The notes beneath the pieces were generated by a model. The model saw only the letters and a list, made by a program, of their open reading frames with translations, searched no databases and was not told the DNA's origin. Shown one piece after another: positions 1-11,080 of a DNA stretch of 64,000 bases; position 1 is the stretch's first letter; each line of letters starts with the position of its first letter. Origin of the DNA: an uncultured Actinomycetes bacterium (GTDB lineage Bacteria; Actinomycetota; Actinomycetes; Streptosporangiales; Streptosporangiaceae); NCBI GenBank assembly GCA_963833835.1, contig CAWHZI010000004.1, forward strand, positions 273,040-337,039, read 5' to 3'. A program made the translations under genes and the position numbers.

Positions 1-1
1 C

Positions 2-3000
2 GGCCCGATGCTGGCCTCGGTGATCTCCAGTGGCCAGGCCACCTGGTCCGAGGACCTGCTGCTGCCGATGAACCGGCACGGCTACTGGGAAGAGACCTAC
101 TGGACCTATTCCTACAGCCCGCTGCACGACGACGACACCGGTGTGGTGCGGGGCGTGTTCACCGCGGTCAGCGACACCACGCAGCGGGTCGTGGGCGAGC
201 GCCGGCTGGCCGCGCTGCAGGACCTGGGCTCACTGGCCGGCCGCGCGCGCAGCGCGGCTGAAGCGGCCGAGCTGGTCGGCGACGCGCTGACCAGAGCCGC
301 GGCGGACGTCCCGTTCGCCGCCATCTACCTGCGCAAGCCGGGCACGGACGAGATCGCGCTGACCGCCACCAGCCCGCCCGGTGCGGCCCCGGTGCCACTG
401 GCCGACGGCCCGGGAGACTGGCCCGCGGGCGACGTGCTGCGCAGCGGCCAGCCGGTCACGGTGTCCGACGCGGGCGAGCGGTTCCCCGGCCTGCCACCGG
501 GTGGCTGGGAGACCTCGCCGACCCAGGCCATGGTGCTGCCGCTGACCGGCGAGCCCGGCGGCCAGACCGTCGGGGTGATGGTGCTCGCGGCCAGCGGCGG
601 CCGGGCCCTGGACGAGGCCTACCGGTCATTCCTGAGCCTGGTCGCCCAGCAGACGGCGGCGCTGGTCAACGGGGCCATCGCCTATCAGGTCCAGCAGCGG
701 CGGGCCGAGGAACTGGCCGAGCTGGACCGGGCCAAGACCACGTTCTTCTCCAACGTCAGCCACGAGTTCCGCACCCCGCTCGCCCTGATCATGGGGCCGC
801 TGGAGGAGCTGCGCGGCCGGCTGGGGGACGCGGACGAGACCGCCCGGCAGGAGCTGGACGTCATCCACCGCAACGGGCTGCGGCTGGGCAAGCTGGTGAA
901 CACGCTGCTGGACTTCTCCCGGATCGAGGCGGGCCGGATGCAGGCCCGGTACGAGCCGGTCGACCTGGCCGCGTTCACCGCCGACCTGGCCAGCGTGTTC
1001 CGCTCGTCGATGGAGCGGGCCGGGCTGACGTACCGGGTGGACTGCCCCGAGCTGCCCCAGCCGGTCTACATCGACCAGGAGATGTGGGAGAAGGTCGTAC
1101 TCAACCTGGTCAGCAACGCGCTGAAGTTCACCTTCGAGGGGACCATCAGCGTCACGCTCCGCCCGGACGGCGACCACGCCCTGCTGCGCGTAGCCGACAC
1201 TGGCGTCGGGGTCGCCCCGGCCGAGATGCCCCGCCTGTTCGAGCGGTTCCACCGCATCCCGAACTCGCGGTCGCGTTCCAACGAGGGCAGCGGCATCGGG
1301 CTGGCGCTGGTGCGCGAGCTGGTCGGCCTGCACGGCGGCACGATCAGCGCCCAGAGCAGCGAGGGAGCGGGGACCGAGTTCACGATCCGGCTGCCGTTCG
1401 GCCGGGATCACCTGCCGCCCGCCCACGTGGCCGAGGCGGCCGCGGCCGGCACGGTGTCTGCGGCGGCCGACCCGTTCCTGGCCGAGGCACTGCGCTGGCT
1501 GCCGGACGGCGGGATGGGGACGGGCCCCCTGCCCGTCGCCGGCACCGCCGTCGCCGGCGCCGTCGCCGGTGCGCCTGCGACCGGCTCGACCGCCCCGGAG
1601 TGGCCCGGCTCCGGCGACCGGGCCCGGGTCTTGCTGGCCGACGACAACGCCGACATGCGGGAGTACCTGCAGCGGCTGCTCGGGGTCCGGTACGAGGTCA
1701 CCGCGGTGGCGGATGGGCTCGCCGCGCTGGATGCGATCCGGGCCGACCCCCCGGACCTGGTCATCAGCGACGTGATGATGCCCGGCCTGGACGGCCTGGC
1801 CCTGGTGGCCGCGCTGCGGTCCGAGCCGCGGACCGCGGACGTGCCGGTCCTGCTGCTGTCGGCCCGGGCCGGCCAGGAGGCCGCGATCGAGGGTCTGGGG
1901 GCGGGTGCCGACGACTACCTGGTCAAGCCGTTCTCGGCCGCGGAACTGCTGGCCCGGGTCCGGGCCAACGTGGAGCTGGCCCGGCTGCGCACCCACCACG
2001 CCCGCTGGCGCGCGGCGCTGATCGACTCCCTGCACGAGGCGTTCTTCCTGTGCGACGAGAGCGGCGCGGTGGTCGAGATCAACGCGGCCTTCACCGACAT
2101 CCTCGGCTACGGCCCGGAGGGCCTGCCGTACCCGGCCGAGCACGTCTGGTGGCCCCAGCCGGACGCCGATCCGGAGGCCTACCGTGAGGTCAGCGAGGCC
2201 TTCGGCCAGCTGATGGCGCAGAGCCGGGGCAGCTTCGTCGCGCCGGTCACCCACCGCGACGGCCATCGGCTGTGGGTGGCAGCCAGCTTCAACGAGGCCA
2301 GCGACCCGGATACCGGGCGGCGCCTGGTGGTCGGCACCCTGCGGGACATCACCGCCGAGCGGTACGCGGGACAGCGCGAGCAGGCCCTGGCGGCCATGGG
2401 CCTGCTGCTGTCCCGGGCCACCAGCCTGCCGCAGGCTCTCCAGGGCGCGCTGAACGAGCTGCGGCGGCTCTGGCACGCCCGCCGCGCGCTCGCCGTGGCC
2501 TGGGCTGGCCACGACCAGCCGACCGTGCTGTCCACCGACCCGGAGACCGGCTGGAGCGACCTGCCCGGATCGCTCCGGGAGGCCATGTCCGCGCTGCGGC
2601 GGCAGCCGGTGCTGGTCCCGGCCGACATCGGCGACCACTCGGTCGGGATCACGGTGGAGTACCCGCTGGGCCTGCTGGCCGTCTCGATCGACCCGGACCC
2701 GGCCCGGCCGTTCACCGCGGAGGACCGCGCGCTGCTGGCCTTGCTGTGCGGTTACCTGGGCCAGGCTCTGCACCGGGTGCACCAGAGCGACCAGCAGCGG
2801 GAGACGGCCCTGGTGCTGCAGCGGGCCATCCTCGGGCCGGCCCGGCTCCCGGACGGCTTCGCGGCCCGGTACGAGCCGGCCAGCCGCCCCCTGGAGGTCG
2901 GCGGCGACTGGTTCGACATCGTGGAGCTACCGGACGGCCGGACCGGGATCGTGGTCGGTGACTGCGTGGGTCACGGGCTGGACGCGGCCACCGTGATGGG

Positions 3001-3877
3001 GCAGCTCCGCAGCGCCTGCCGGGCCCTGCTGCTGCAGGACGCGAGCGCCGCGCAGACGCTGAGCGCCATGGACCGGTTCGCGGCGCTGATCCCCGGGGCG
3101 ATCTGCAGCACGGTGTTCTGCGGCATCCTCGACGCGGCGGCGGGCCGGCTGACCTACAGCAGCGCGGGTCATCCGCCCGGCATCCTGGGCCTCCCGGACG
3201 GCCGGATCGAGCTGCTCAACGGGGGCCGGTCGTTCCCCCTCGCCGTCCGGCCGGCCATCCAGCGGACCGAAGCGAGCTGCGCCGTGCCGGCCCGGGCCAC
3301 GCTGCTGCTGTACACCGACGGCCTGGTCGAGCGCCGCCGCCAGTCCATCAACTCCGGCATCGCCCAGGCCGGGTCGGCCCTGCTGGACGGGGGTGCCACC
3401 ACGGTGGAGGACCTGGCCAGCGGGCTGATGACCACGATGGCCCCGGACGGCGGCTACGAGGACGACGTAGCCTTCGTGCTGTACCGGCACCCCGCCCCGC
3501 TGGAGCTGGACTTCGTAGCCGACTCGGGTCAGCTCGCGCCGGTCCGCGCCGCGCTCCGGGACTGGCTGCGGCGCTGCGACCTCAGCCAGCGGACGATCCA
3601 GGACGTCCTGGTCGCGGTGGGCGAAGCCTGCGCCAACGCCATCGAGCACGGTCACCGGTTCGCTCCGGGCCAGCAGATACGGCTCCGCGCCGCAGCCACC
3701 GCCAGCCAGCTTCGCCTGACCGTCACCGACAGCGGCCGGTGGAAGGCGTCGGCGCCGGACGCCAACCCGCACCGTGGCCACGGCATCGCGCTGATGCGGG
3801 CGCTCATGCAGCAGGTCACCATCGAGCCGGGAGACACCGGTACCACCGTCGACATGCAGCTCGGGATCACGTCATGA
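2..3877 (+). CDS. Hybrid sensor kinase / response regulator / PP2C phosphatase mega-protein (5' end probably beyond window start)
   Basis: ORF 8..3877 remains open back to base 2. Translation shows, N to C: PAS tail, GAF, HisKA H-box (SHEFRTPL), HATPase_c (GSGIGLALV), REC (LLADDNADM..DVMMPGLDG..KPF), PAS, GAF, SpoIIE/PP2C (GGDWFD..GDCVGHG..LLLYTDGL), RsbW-like ATPase tail (ACANAIEHG..GHGIALM). Confidence 0.85.
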   Translation, partial: GPMLASVISSGQATWSEDLLLPMNRHGYWEETYWTYSYSPLHDDDTGVVRGVFTAVSDTTQRVVGERRLAALQDLGSLAGRARSAAEAAELVGDALTRAAADVPFAAIYLRKPGTDEIALTATSPPGAAPVPLADGPGDWPAGDVLRSGQPVTVSDAGERFPGLPPGGWETSPTQAMVLPLTGEPGGQTVGVMVLAASGGRALDEAYRSFLSLVAQQTAALVNGAIAYQVQQRRAEELAELDRAKTTFFSNVSHEFRTPLALIMGPLEELRGRLGDADETARQELDVIHRNGLRLGKLVNTLLDFSRIEAGRMQARYEPVDLAAFTADLASVFRSSMERAGLTYRVDCPELPQPVYIDQEMWEKVVLNLVSNALKFTFEGTISVTLRPDGDHALLRVADTGVGVAPAEMPRLFERFHRIPNSRSRSNEGSGIGLALVRELVGLHGGTISAQSSEGAGTEFTIRLPFGRDHLPPAHVAEAAAAGTVSAAADPFLAEALRWLPDGGMGTGPLPVAGTAVAGAVAGAPATGSTAPEWPGSGDRARVLLADDNADMREYLQRLLGVRYEVTAVADGLAALDAIRADPPDLVISDVMMPGLDGLALVAALRSEPRTADVPVLLLSARAGQEAAIEGLGAGADDYLVKPFSAAELLARVRANVELARLRTHHARWRAALIDSLHEAFFLCDESGAVVEINAAFTDILGYGPEGLPYPAEHVWWPQPDADPEAYREVSEAFGQLMAQSRGSFVAPVTHRDGHRLWVAASFNEASDPDTGRRLVVGTLRDITAERYAGQREQALAAMGLLLSRATSLPQALQGALNELRRLWHARRALAVAWAGHDQPTVLSTDPETGWSDLPGSLREAMSALRRQPVLVPADIGDHSVGITVEYPLGLLAVSIDPDPARPFTAEDRALLALLCGYLGQALHRVHQSDQQRETALVLQRAILGPARLPDGFAARYEPASRPLEVGGDWFDIVELPDGRTGIVVGDCVGHGLDAATVMGQLRSACRALLLQDASAAQTLSAMDRFAALIPGAICSTVFCGILDAAAGRLTYSSAGHPPGILGLPDGRIELLNGGRSFPLAVRPAIQRTEASCAVPARATLLLYTDGLVERRRQSINSGIAQAGSALLDGGATTVEDLASGLMTTMAPDGGYEDDVAFVLYRHPAPLELDFVADSGQLAPVRAALRDWLRRCDLSQRTIQDVLVAVGEACANAIEHGHRFAPGQQIRLRAAATASQLRLTVTDSGRWKASAPDANPHRGHGIALMRALMQQVTIEPGDTGTTVDMQLGITS

Positions 3878-4176
3878 CCACACCGCTCACGCTGTCCACG
3901 AACCGCCGCCCGGACGGCAGCCAGGTGCTGACGGCCGACGGCGAGATCGACATGAGCAACGCCGGCCAGCTGGGCGACGCACTGGCTCAGACCGGGGACG
4001 GCCCGGTGGTCGTCGACCTGACCTCGGTCGGGTACCTGGATAGCGCCGGCCTGACCGTGCTGTTCACGCACGCGGACCACATCGAGCTGGTCGTCACCTC
4101 GCTGCTGGCCCCGGTGCTGACCATCTGCGGGCTGTCCGAGATCACCCAGGTGCGGGACGGCCAGCGCAGCGCCTAG
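3874..4176 (+). CDS. STAS-domain anti-sigma-factor antagonist (SpoIIAA/RsbV-like)
   Basis: ATG at 3874 overlaps the upstream stop (ATGA). 100 aa with a STAS-like core (VVDLTSVGYLDSAGLTVL). High GC3. Confidence 0.8.
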   Translation: MTTPLTLSTNRRPDGSQVLTADGEIDMSNAGQLGDALAQTGDGPVVVDLTSVGYLDSAGLTVLFTHADHIELVVTSLLAPVLTICGLSEITQVRDGQRSA

Positions 4177-5888
4177 TGGGACTCCCGCTCGACCATGTGC
4201 CCGGTGGCCCCGCGCAGGAAGTCCAGATCGGCCCCGTCCTCGGCCCCCTGCACGCTGTTGACGTACAGCAGTTCCCAGCCCCGCCGCGGCTTGGCCACCG
4301 CGTCCGCCATGGCCTGCGCCACCGGTCGCTCCCGCAGTTCGTCCTCGCTCAGCTCCACGTCGACCCGGCGGCCGGGCACGTCCAGCACGATCCAGTCACC
4401 GGTCCGGATCTTGCTCAGCGGGCCGCCCGCCGCGCCCTCGGGTGAGACGTGCAGGACCACGGTCCCGTAGGCGGTACCGCTCATCCGGCCGTCGCAGATG
4501 CGGACCATGTCCCGGACGCCTTCGCGCGCCAGCTTGGCCGGCATCGGCATGTTCGACACCTCGGGCATGCCCGGGTAGCCCCTCGGGCCGCAGCCGCGCA
4601 GCACCAGGACCGAGTCGGCGTCCACGTCCAGATCCTCGTCGTCCAGCCGGGTGTGCAGGTCCTCGATCGAGTCGAACACCACGGCCCGGCCGCGGTGCTG
4701 CAGCAGGTGCGCCGACGCGGCGGCCGGCTTGATGACCGCCCCGTTGGGGGCCAGGTTGCCGCGCAGCACCGCGATGCCGGCCGCGTCCTGGACCGGCTTG
4801 TTCCGGACCGCGATGACCTCGCGGTCCCAGATCTGGGCCTCACCCAGGTAGTCGGTCAGCGGCAGCCCGGTGACGGTCAGCGCAGCCGGGTCGAGCAGGT
4901 CCTTGACCTCCCGCAGCACGGCCAGCAGCCCGCCGGCCCGGTGGAAGTCCTCCATCAGGAACTGCCCGGCCGGCTGCAGGTTGACCAGCAGCGGCACGTC
5001 GGAGCCGATGCGGTCGAAGTCGTCCAGGGTGAGCGGGATCCCCAGCCGTCCGGCGATGGCCAGCAGGTGCACCACGGCGTTGGTCGACCCGCCCAGCGCG
5101 GCCAGGGCGACGATGGCGTTGTGGAACGAAGCCGCCGTCAGCACCTGGCTGGGCCTGCGCTCGACCTGCACCATTTCCACGGCCAGCTTGCCGGTGCCGT
5201 GGGCCTGGGACAGCAGCCGGCTGTCCGGCGCGGGCAGCCCGGCCGTGCCCGGCACCGTGGTCCCGAGCACCTCGGCCAGCAGCCCCATGGTCGAGGCCGT
5301 GCCCATGGTGTTGCAGTGGCCCCGGCTCCGGATCATCGACGATTCGGCGGCCATGAAATCGGCCTGGGACAGCTTGCCACCCCGTACGTCCTCACTCAGC
5401 CGCCACACGTCGGTGCCGCAGCCGAGCGGGGCGCCGCGGAAGGTGCCGGTCAGCATCGGGCCGCCGGGGACCACGATCGCGGGCAGGTCCACCGACGCGG
5501 CCCCCATGAGCAGGGCGGGGATGGTCTTGTCGCACCCGCCGAGCAGCACCACACCGTCGATCGGGTTGGCCCGGATCATCTCCTCGATGGCCATGGCGGC
5601 CATGTTCCGCCACAGCATCGCGGTCGGGCGGACGTTGGTTTCGCCCAGCGACACCACCGGCATCTCCAGCGGAACTCCGCCCGCCTCCCACACCCCGGCC
5701 GCGACATGCTGGGCCACCTCGGTCAGGTGCCGGTTGCACGGCACCAGGTCGGACGCGGTGTTCGCGATCGCGATCTGAGGCCGGCCGGTGAACGCCGAGT
5801 CGGGCAGCCCACGGCGCATCCAGGCCCGGTGGAGGAAGCCGTCACGGTCGTTGCCGCCGTACCAGTGATTGCTGCGCAGATCGGTCAT
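4173..5888 (-). CDS. IlvD/Edd-family dehydratase (dihydroxy-acid / sugar-acid dehydratase)
   Basis: ORF 4173..6119 trimmed to ATG 5888 (MTDLRSNHWYGG). Family motifs CDKTIPALLMG and GHCNTMGTASTM. Its stop shares the tetranucleotide CTAG (4173-4176) with the convergent STAS gene stop. Confidence 0.85.
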   Translation of the reverse strand: MTDLRSNHWYGGNDRDGFLHRAWMRRGLPDSAFTGRPQIAIANTASDLVPCNRHLTEVAQHVAAGVWEAGGVPLEMPVVSLGETNVRPTAMLWRNMAAMAIEEMIRANPIDGVVLLGGCDKTIPALLMGAASVDLPAIVVPGGPMLTGTFRGAPLGCGTDVWRLSEDVRGGKLSQADFMAAESSMIRSRGHCNTMGTASTMGLLAEVLGTTVPGTAGLPAPDSRLLSQAHGTGKLAVEMVQVERRPSQVLTAASFHNAIVALAALGGSTNAVVHLLAIAGRLGIPLTLDDFDRIGSDVPLLVNLQPAGQFLMEDFHRAGGLLAVLREVKDLLDPAALTVTGLPLTDYLGEAQIWDREVIAVRNKPVQDAAGIAVLRGNLAPNGAVIKPAAASAHLLQHRGRAVVFDSIEDLHTRLDDEDLDVDADSVLVLRGCGPRGYPGMPEVSNMPMPAKLAREGVRDMVRICDGRMSGTAYGTVVLHVSPEGAAGGPLSKIRTGDWIVLDVPGRRVDVELSEDELRERPVAQAMADAVAKPRRGWELLYVNSVQGAEDGADLDFLRGATGHMVERESH

Positions 5889-5976
5889 CGTTTCGCTGCT
5901 CCCGGCAATTCGCTCTAATATGCGGAACGCCATGGACGTTACCCCTGCGCAAGAACCGCGGATCAGGTAGCCCGGC

Positions 5977-7005
5977 GTGCGCGCGTTCGTCATCACCGGG
6001 CCGGGCCAGGCCGCAGTCCACGACATCGAGCCACCCGAGCCCGGGCCGGGCCAGGTGGTGGTCGACGTCGAGCGGGCCGGGGTGTGCGGCACCGACGTGG
6101 AGTTCTTCACCGGCCACATGGTCTACCTGCGGACCGGCGAGGCCCGGTACCCGGTCCGGATCGGCCACGAGTGGTGCGGCGTGGTGACCCGGGCCGGCGA
6201 CGAGGCCAGCGCGGCCTGGCTCGGCCAGCGGGTCACCGGGGACACCATGCTCGGCTGCGGGCACTGCGACCGCTGCCGCAGCGGCCGGCAGCACCTGTGC
6301 GCAGACCGGTTCGAGATCGGCATCCGGGGCGGCTGGCCCGGGGCGCTGGCCGAGCAGCTCCTCGTCCCGGCCTCGGCGCTGCTGCCGTTGCCGGACCGCA
6401 TCGGCGCGACCGCGGGTGCCCTGGTCGAGCCGGGCGGCAACGCCCTGCGCGCGGTCCGGGCCGCGCAGGTCAGCACGGTTGAGGCCAGCACCGCGCAGCG
6501 GCTGCTGGTCATGGGGCCGGGCACGATCGGGCTGCTGGCCGCGCTGATCGCGCGGGCCGGCGGCGCCGAGGTACACCTGCTGGGCCAGGACGACCGCTCG
6601 CTGCGGTTCGCCCGGTCCCTCGGCTTCGGCCAGGCGTGGGTGCGCGGCACGCTGCCGCGGGTCCCGTTCGACGCGGTCATCGACGCCTCCACCGGCGTGG
6701 AGCTGCCCGCGCTGGCCGCCGAGCTGGTCGAGCCGGGCGGCAGGATCAGTTACATCGGCCTGTCGGCTGAGCCCAGCCTGCTCGACACCCGGACCCTGGT
6801 GCTCAAGGACGTGACCGCGACCGGAGTGCTGAGCGCCTCCGGTGGGCTGGCCGAGACGATCTCCCTCTACGCCGACCGCGCCGTCGACCCCGAGCCGATC
6901 GTCGCCGCCACCGTCGGCCTGGACGAAGTGGCCACCGTCCTGGCCGGCCGCCGCCCCGCCGAGTGGGGCGACGCCCCCAAGATCCACATCGACCCCCGCC
7001 GCTGA
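5977..7005 (+). CDS. Zinc-dependent medium-chain alcohol/polyol dehydrogenase
   Basis: GTG start. GHEWCGVV catalytic Zn motif, structural Zn cluster CGHCDRCRSGRQHLC, Rossmann GPGTIGLL. Divergent from the dehydratase gene. Confidence 0.85.
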   Translation: MRAFVITGPGQAAVHDIEPPEPGPGQVVVDVERAGVCGTDVEFFTGHMVYLRTGEARYPVRIGHEWCGVVTRAGDEASAAWLGQRVTGDTMLGCGHCDRCRSGRQHLCADRFEIGIRGGWPGALAEQLLVPASALLPLPDRIGATAGALVEPGGNALRAVRAAQVSTVEASTAQRLLVMGPGTIGLLAALIARAGGAEVHLLGQDDRSLRFARSLGFGQAWVRGTLPRVPFDAVIDASTGVELPALAAELVEPGGRISYIGLSAEPSLLDTRTLVLKDVTATGVLSASGGLAETISLYADRAVDPEPIVAATVGLDEVATVLAGRRPAEWGDAPKIHIDPRR

Positions 7006-7076
7006 GCGCAGGCGGGTACCTCCGGCGGAAGCGCTCGGAATACTCCCACACCCCAGGCGTGACGATTCCCGTCTCG

Positions 7077-7117
7077 CTGGAGCACGGGCAGGGATTATCA
7101 CTGCACGCGCTCCAGTG
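7077..7117. repeat. 39-nt palindromic element, copy A (CTGGAGC-N3-GCAGGGA-TTA-TCACTGC-N3-GCTCCAG)
   Basis: Intergenic. About 32/39 identical, with identical architecture, to 27741..27779, including the trailing TG. Confidence 0.7.
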
Positions 7118-7339
7118 CAATCCGTGGCGCCGGTACCGCCCCCGAAGGCACGCCCGCACAGAGGCTACTGGGACAGGTGTGACTTCTGCGGCCTGCGGGG
7201 TAAGCGCTGAGGTAGCCGGGTCGGTATGGCTGAGAATTTTGGGCCGCAATCGTTTGCAGGCTCAATCCACCCGTCCGCGAGCACCGTAGAGACGGTAACG
7301 GGATAGGTGAGTTGACCCCGGCACGGTGACGAGACGCTT

Positions 7340-7364
7340 CCGGCGACCTGAGGGGGGTCGCCGG
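7340..7364. terminator. GC-rich hairpin between convergent genes (CCGGCGACC-TGAGGGG-GGTCGCCGG)
   Basis: Perfect 9-bp stem downstream of both the ADH gene (+) and the GAF regulator (-). Stem and loop recur at 12419..12449. Confidence 0.5.
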
Positions 7365-7393
7365 CAGCGGGCTCGCGGCGCTGCTCGGGTGGC

Positions 7394-8893
7394 CTACTCG
7401 GCCTGGAGGGCGGCCCGCCGGTCCGCGGCCATGGGCTGGCGCGGATCCTGGACGGGGAGCTCGACCGCCAGCCGCTCGAAGACGGCCAGGTCGTCCCGGC
7501 CCGGTTCGCTCTGGCTGTACTCCCAGAGGGCCTCGACGTCGCCGCGGTCGAGGACGGCGTGCCGCAGGGCGGCGACGAGCTCGTCGCGTTCGGCCCGGAT
7601 GGCGGGGGCCTCGGACCGGGGCAGTAGCGGTGCCTGCCCGGCGACCAGCGCGGCCCGCAGGTCGCCGTCCCGTAGCGCCGCCCGGGCGGTCAGGAAGTCG
7701 GCGTCGATCTCGGCCCGCAGCCGGTAGGGCTTGGTCCGCATGGCCCGCTCACCCAGCTGGGCCCGCAGCCGGTGGATCTCGGCCCGGGCGGTGGCCGGGT
7801 TGCCGTCCTCGCCGTACAGGGCCAGCGCGAGCTGTTCCGAGGTCAGGCCGGCCGGGGTCAGCGCGAGCAGGGTCAGCAGCTCGGCCCGGCGCAGCGTGAG
7901 CGGCAGCTCGCGGCCGTCCAGCACCGCCGACGCCGGCTCCCGCAAAAAGGACAGGGACAGCGCCGGGCGGCGGGCGCTGGACCTGGCCGCCCACGGCACC
8001 CGGAGCAGGTAACCCTCGGACAGCGGCTCCAGCTGGGCCTCACGGCCGTCGCCGAGCAGCACGCTGTCCGAGGCGGCCCGCAGGTCGACCCGCTCGGGCC
8101 ATGCTCCGGCCGGCTCGGCCGCCAGCACCCGGCCGCTCGCGGTGACCAGGGCGCCGGCCTCACCCCGCAGCCCGGACAGGTGCGGCATGTTCCGGGCCCG
8201 CAACTGCTCGTCCCGCACCGCCATCTGCATCCGCAGGTGGCTCTCGGCCAGCTCGGCCGTCGCGGTCACCAGGCTGACCACGGCCGGGTGGAAGTCCTGC
8301 AGGTAGCCGCTGACGTCGATCGCGCCGATCTGCGCGCCGGTGTCCGGGTCGTGCACCGGGGCCGCCGCGCAGCTCCAGGTGTGATAGGTCCGCACCAGGT
8401 GCTCGGCCGAGTAGATCTGCACCGGGGCGTCGACGGCCAGCGCGGTTCCCATCGCGTTGGTGCCGATCGTGTCCTCGGCCCAGCGGGTGCCCTCGCACAG
8501 GCCCACCGGGTCGGCCCGCAGGCAGATGTCGGCTGCGCCTTCGCGCCACAGGATCGTCCCGTGCGCGTCGGTGACGATCATGATGTGGTGCGAGGCGTCA
8601 GCGATATCCACCAGCATCTTGCGCAGCAGCGGCACCACCGAGTGCATCGGGTGGGCCGAACGGACGTCGGCCACATCGTCCGGGGCGTAGACCGTCGGGG
8701 GCCGGAAGTCATCGGGATCGATGTGGGCTGCCAGCGACCGGCGCCACGACTCGGCGATCAGCGAGCGTGACGGGACCATGGACCGGCTTCCGCTCAGTTC
8801 GGCCTCGTGCACCTGCTGCAGCACGCGGAACTGCTGGCGGGGGTCCGTGGCCAGGCTCTCGGCCAGCCGAGGCCGGACGGGCTTGCCACTCAT
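7394..8893 (-). CDS. GAF-domain transcriptional regulator with C-terminal winged-helix/BTAD-like region
   Basis: ORF 7394..9094 trimmed to ATG 8893, because the longer form would overlap the ALDH start. Has the N-terminal GAF-type region typical of regulators next to actinobacterial ALDH-DUF779 pairs, and a C-terminal LTLRRAELLTLLAL..HRLRAQLG region. Confidence 0.7.
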   Translation of the reverse strand: MSGKPVRPRLAESLATDPRQQFRVLQQVHEAELSGSRSMVPSRSLIAESWRRSLAAHIDPDDFRPPTVYAPDDVADVRSAHPMHSVVPLLRKMLVDIADASHHIMIVTDAHGTILWREGAADICLRADPVGLCEGTRWAEDTIGTNAMGTALAVDAPVQIYSAEHLVRTYHTWSCAAAPVHDPDTGAQIGAIDVSGYLQDFHPAVVSLVTATAELAESHLRMQMAVRDEQLRARNMPHLSGLRGEAGALVTASGRVLAAEPAGAWPERVDLRAASDSVLLGDGREAQLEPLSEGYLLRVPWAARSSARRPALSLSFLREPASAVLDGRELPLTLRRAELLTLLALTPAGLTSEQLALALYGEDGNPATARAEIHRLRAQLGERAMRTKPYRLRAEIDADFLTARAALRDGDLRAALVAGQAPLLPRSEAPAIRAERDELVAALRHAVLDRGDVEALWEYSQSEPGRDDLAVFERLAVELPVQDPRQPMAADRRAALQAE

Positions 8894-9005
8894 GGGCGGA
8901 CTCCGGTGTCTGCGACGGCTCGCTGCGGCGTTATCGCTGCTAGCGGCCCACCTCCCGCGAGCGTAACCCGGTGGCCGGGGGCGGGCAAGTAGTCCCGGTG
9001 CGACA

Positions 9006-9023
9006 TGCAACGGCATTGCAACG
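9006..9023. promoter_or_regulatory. Direct repeat TGCAACG-N4-TGCAACG in the regulator/ALDH divergent promoter region
   Basis: Seen at 9006-9012 and 9017-9023, 53 nt upstream of the ALDH start. Candidate operator only. Confidence 0.2.
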
Positions 9024-9075
9024 TGGGCCGGCTTAACGTCGGAGGTTAAGTGATGTACAGCACTGGAGGTCCAGC

Positions 9076-10599
<1,524 letters not shown>

Positions 10600-10684
10600 A
10601 CGGTCGCACGTACACTGAGCCCGTGGGGAAGCCGCATGGTTTCCCCACGGGCGCTCACCCCCATTGGCGCCCAAGGAGGCTGGT

Positions 10685-11080
10685 ATGGCCACGCAGAGGG
10701 TTGACGTAACCGATGCCGCGGCCGGCATGCTGCGACAGCTGACCGAGCAGCACGGGCCGCTGATGTTCCATCAGTCCGGTGGCTGCTGCGATGGCAGCTC
10801 GCCGATGTGTTACCCCGACGGTGATTTCAAGACCGGCAACTCCGACGTGCACCTGGGTGACCTGACCATCGACGGCATCGACCAGCCGATCAACTTCTGG
10901 ATGTCGGAGTCCCAGTTCGAGTACTGGAGCCACACCCACCTGACCGTCGATCTGGTCAAGGGCCGGGGCAGCGGCTTCTCGCTGGAGGCCCCGGAGGGGT
11001 TCCGGTTCATGATCCGGTCCCGCCTGTTCACCGAAGACGAGGTAACCGACCTGGTTGCGCCCAGCCACGCCGTCAGTTAG
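10685..11080 (+). CDS. DUF779-family protein (ALDH-associated)
   Basis: ATG 10685 preceded by AAGGAGG (10673-10679). Conserved FHQSGGCCDGSSPMCY motif. This is the usual partner of the preceding ALDH. Confidence 0.8.
   Translation: MATQRVDVTDAAAGMLRQLTEQHGPLMFHQSGGCCDGSSPMCYPDGDFKTGNSDVHLGDLTIDGIDQPINFWMSESQFEYWSHTHLTVDLVKGRGSGFSLEAPEGFRFMIRSRLFTEDEVTDLVAPSHAVS

Noticed and set aside
9003-9025. Sigma-54-like promoter (TGCAAC-N4-TTGCA) upstream of the ALDH gene.
   Set aside because: The -24 element and the spacing do not fit TGGCAC-N5-TTGCA, and Actinomycetota lack RpoN. It is kept only as a possible direct-repeat operator.
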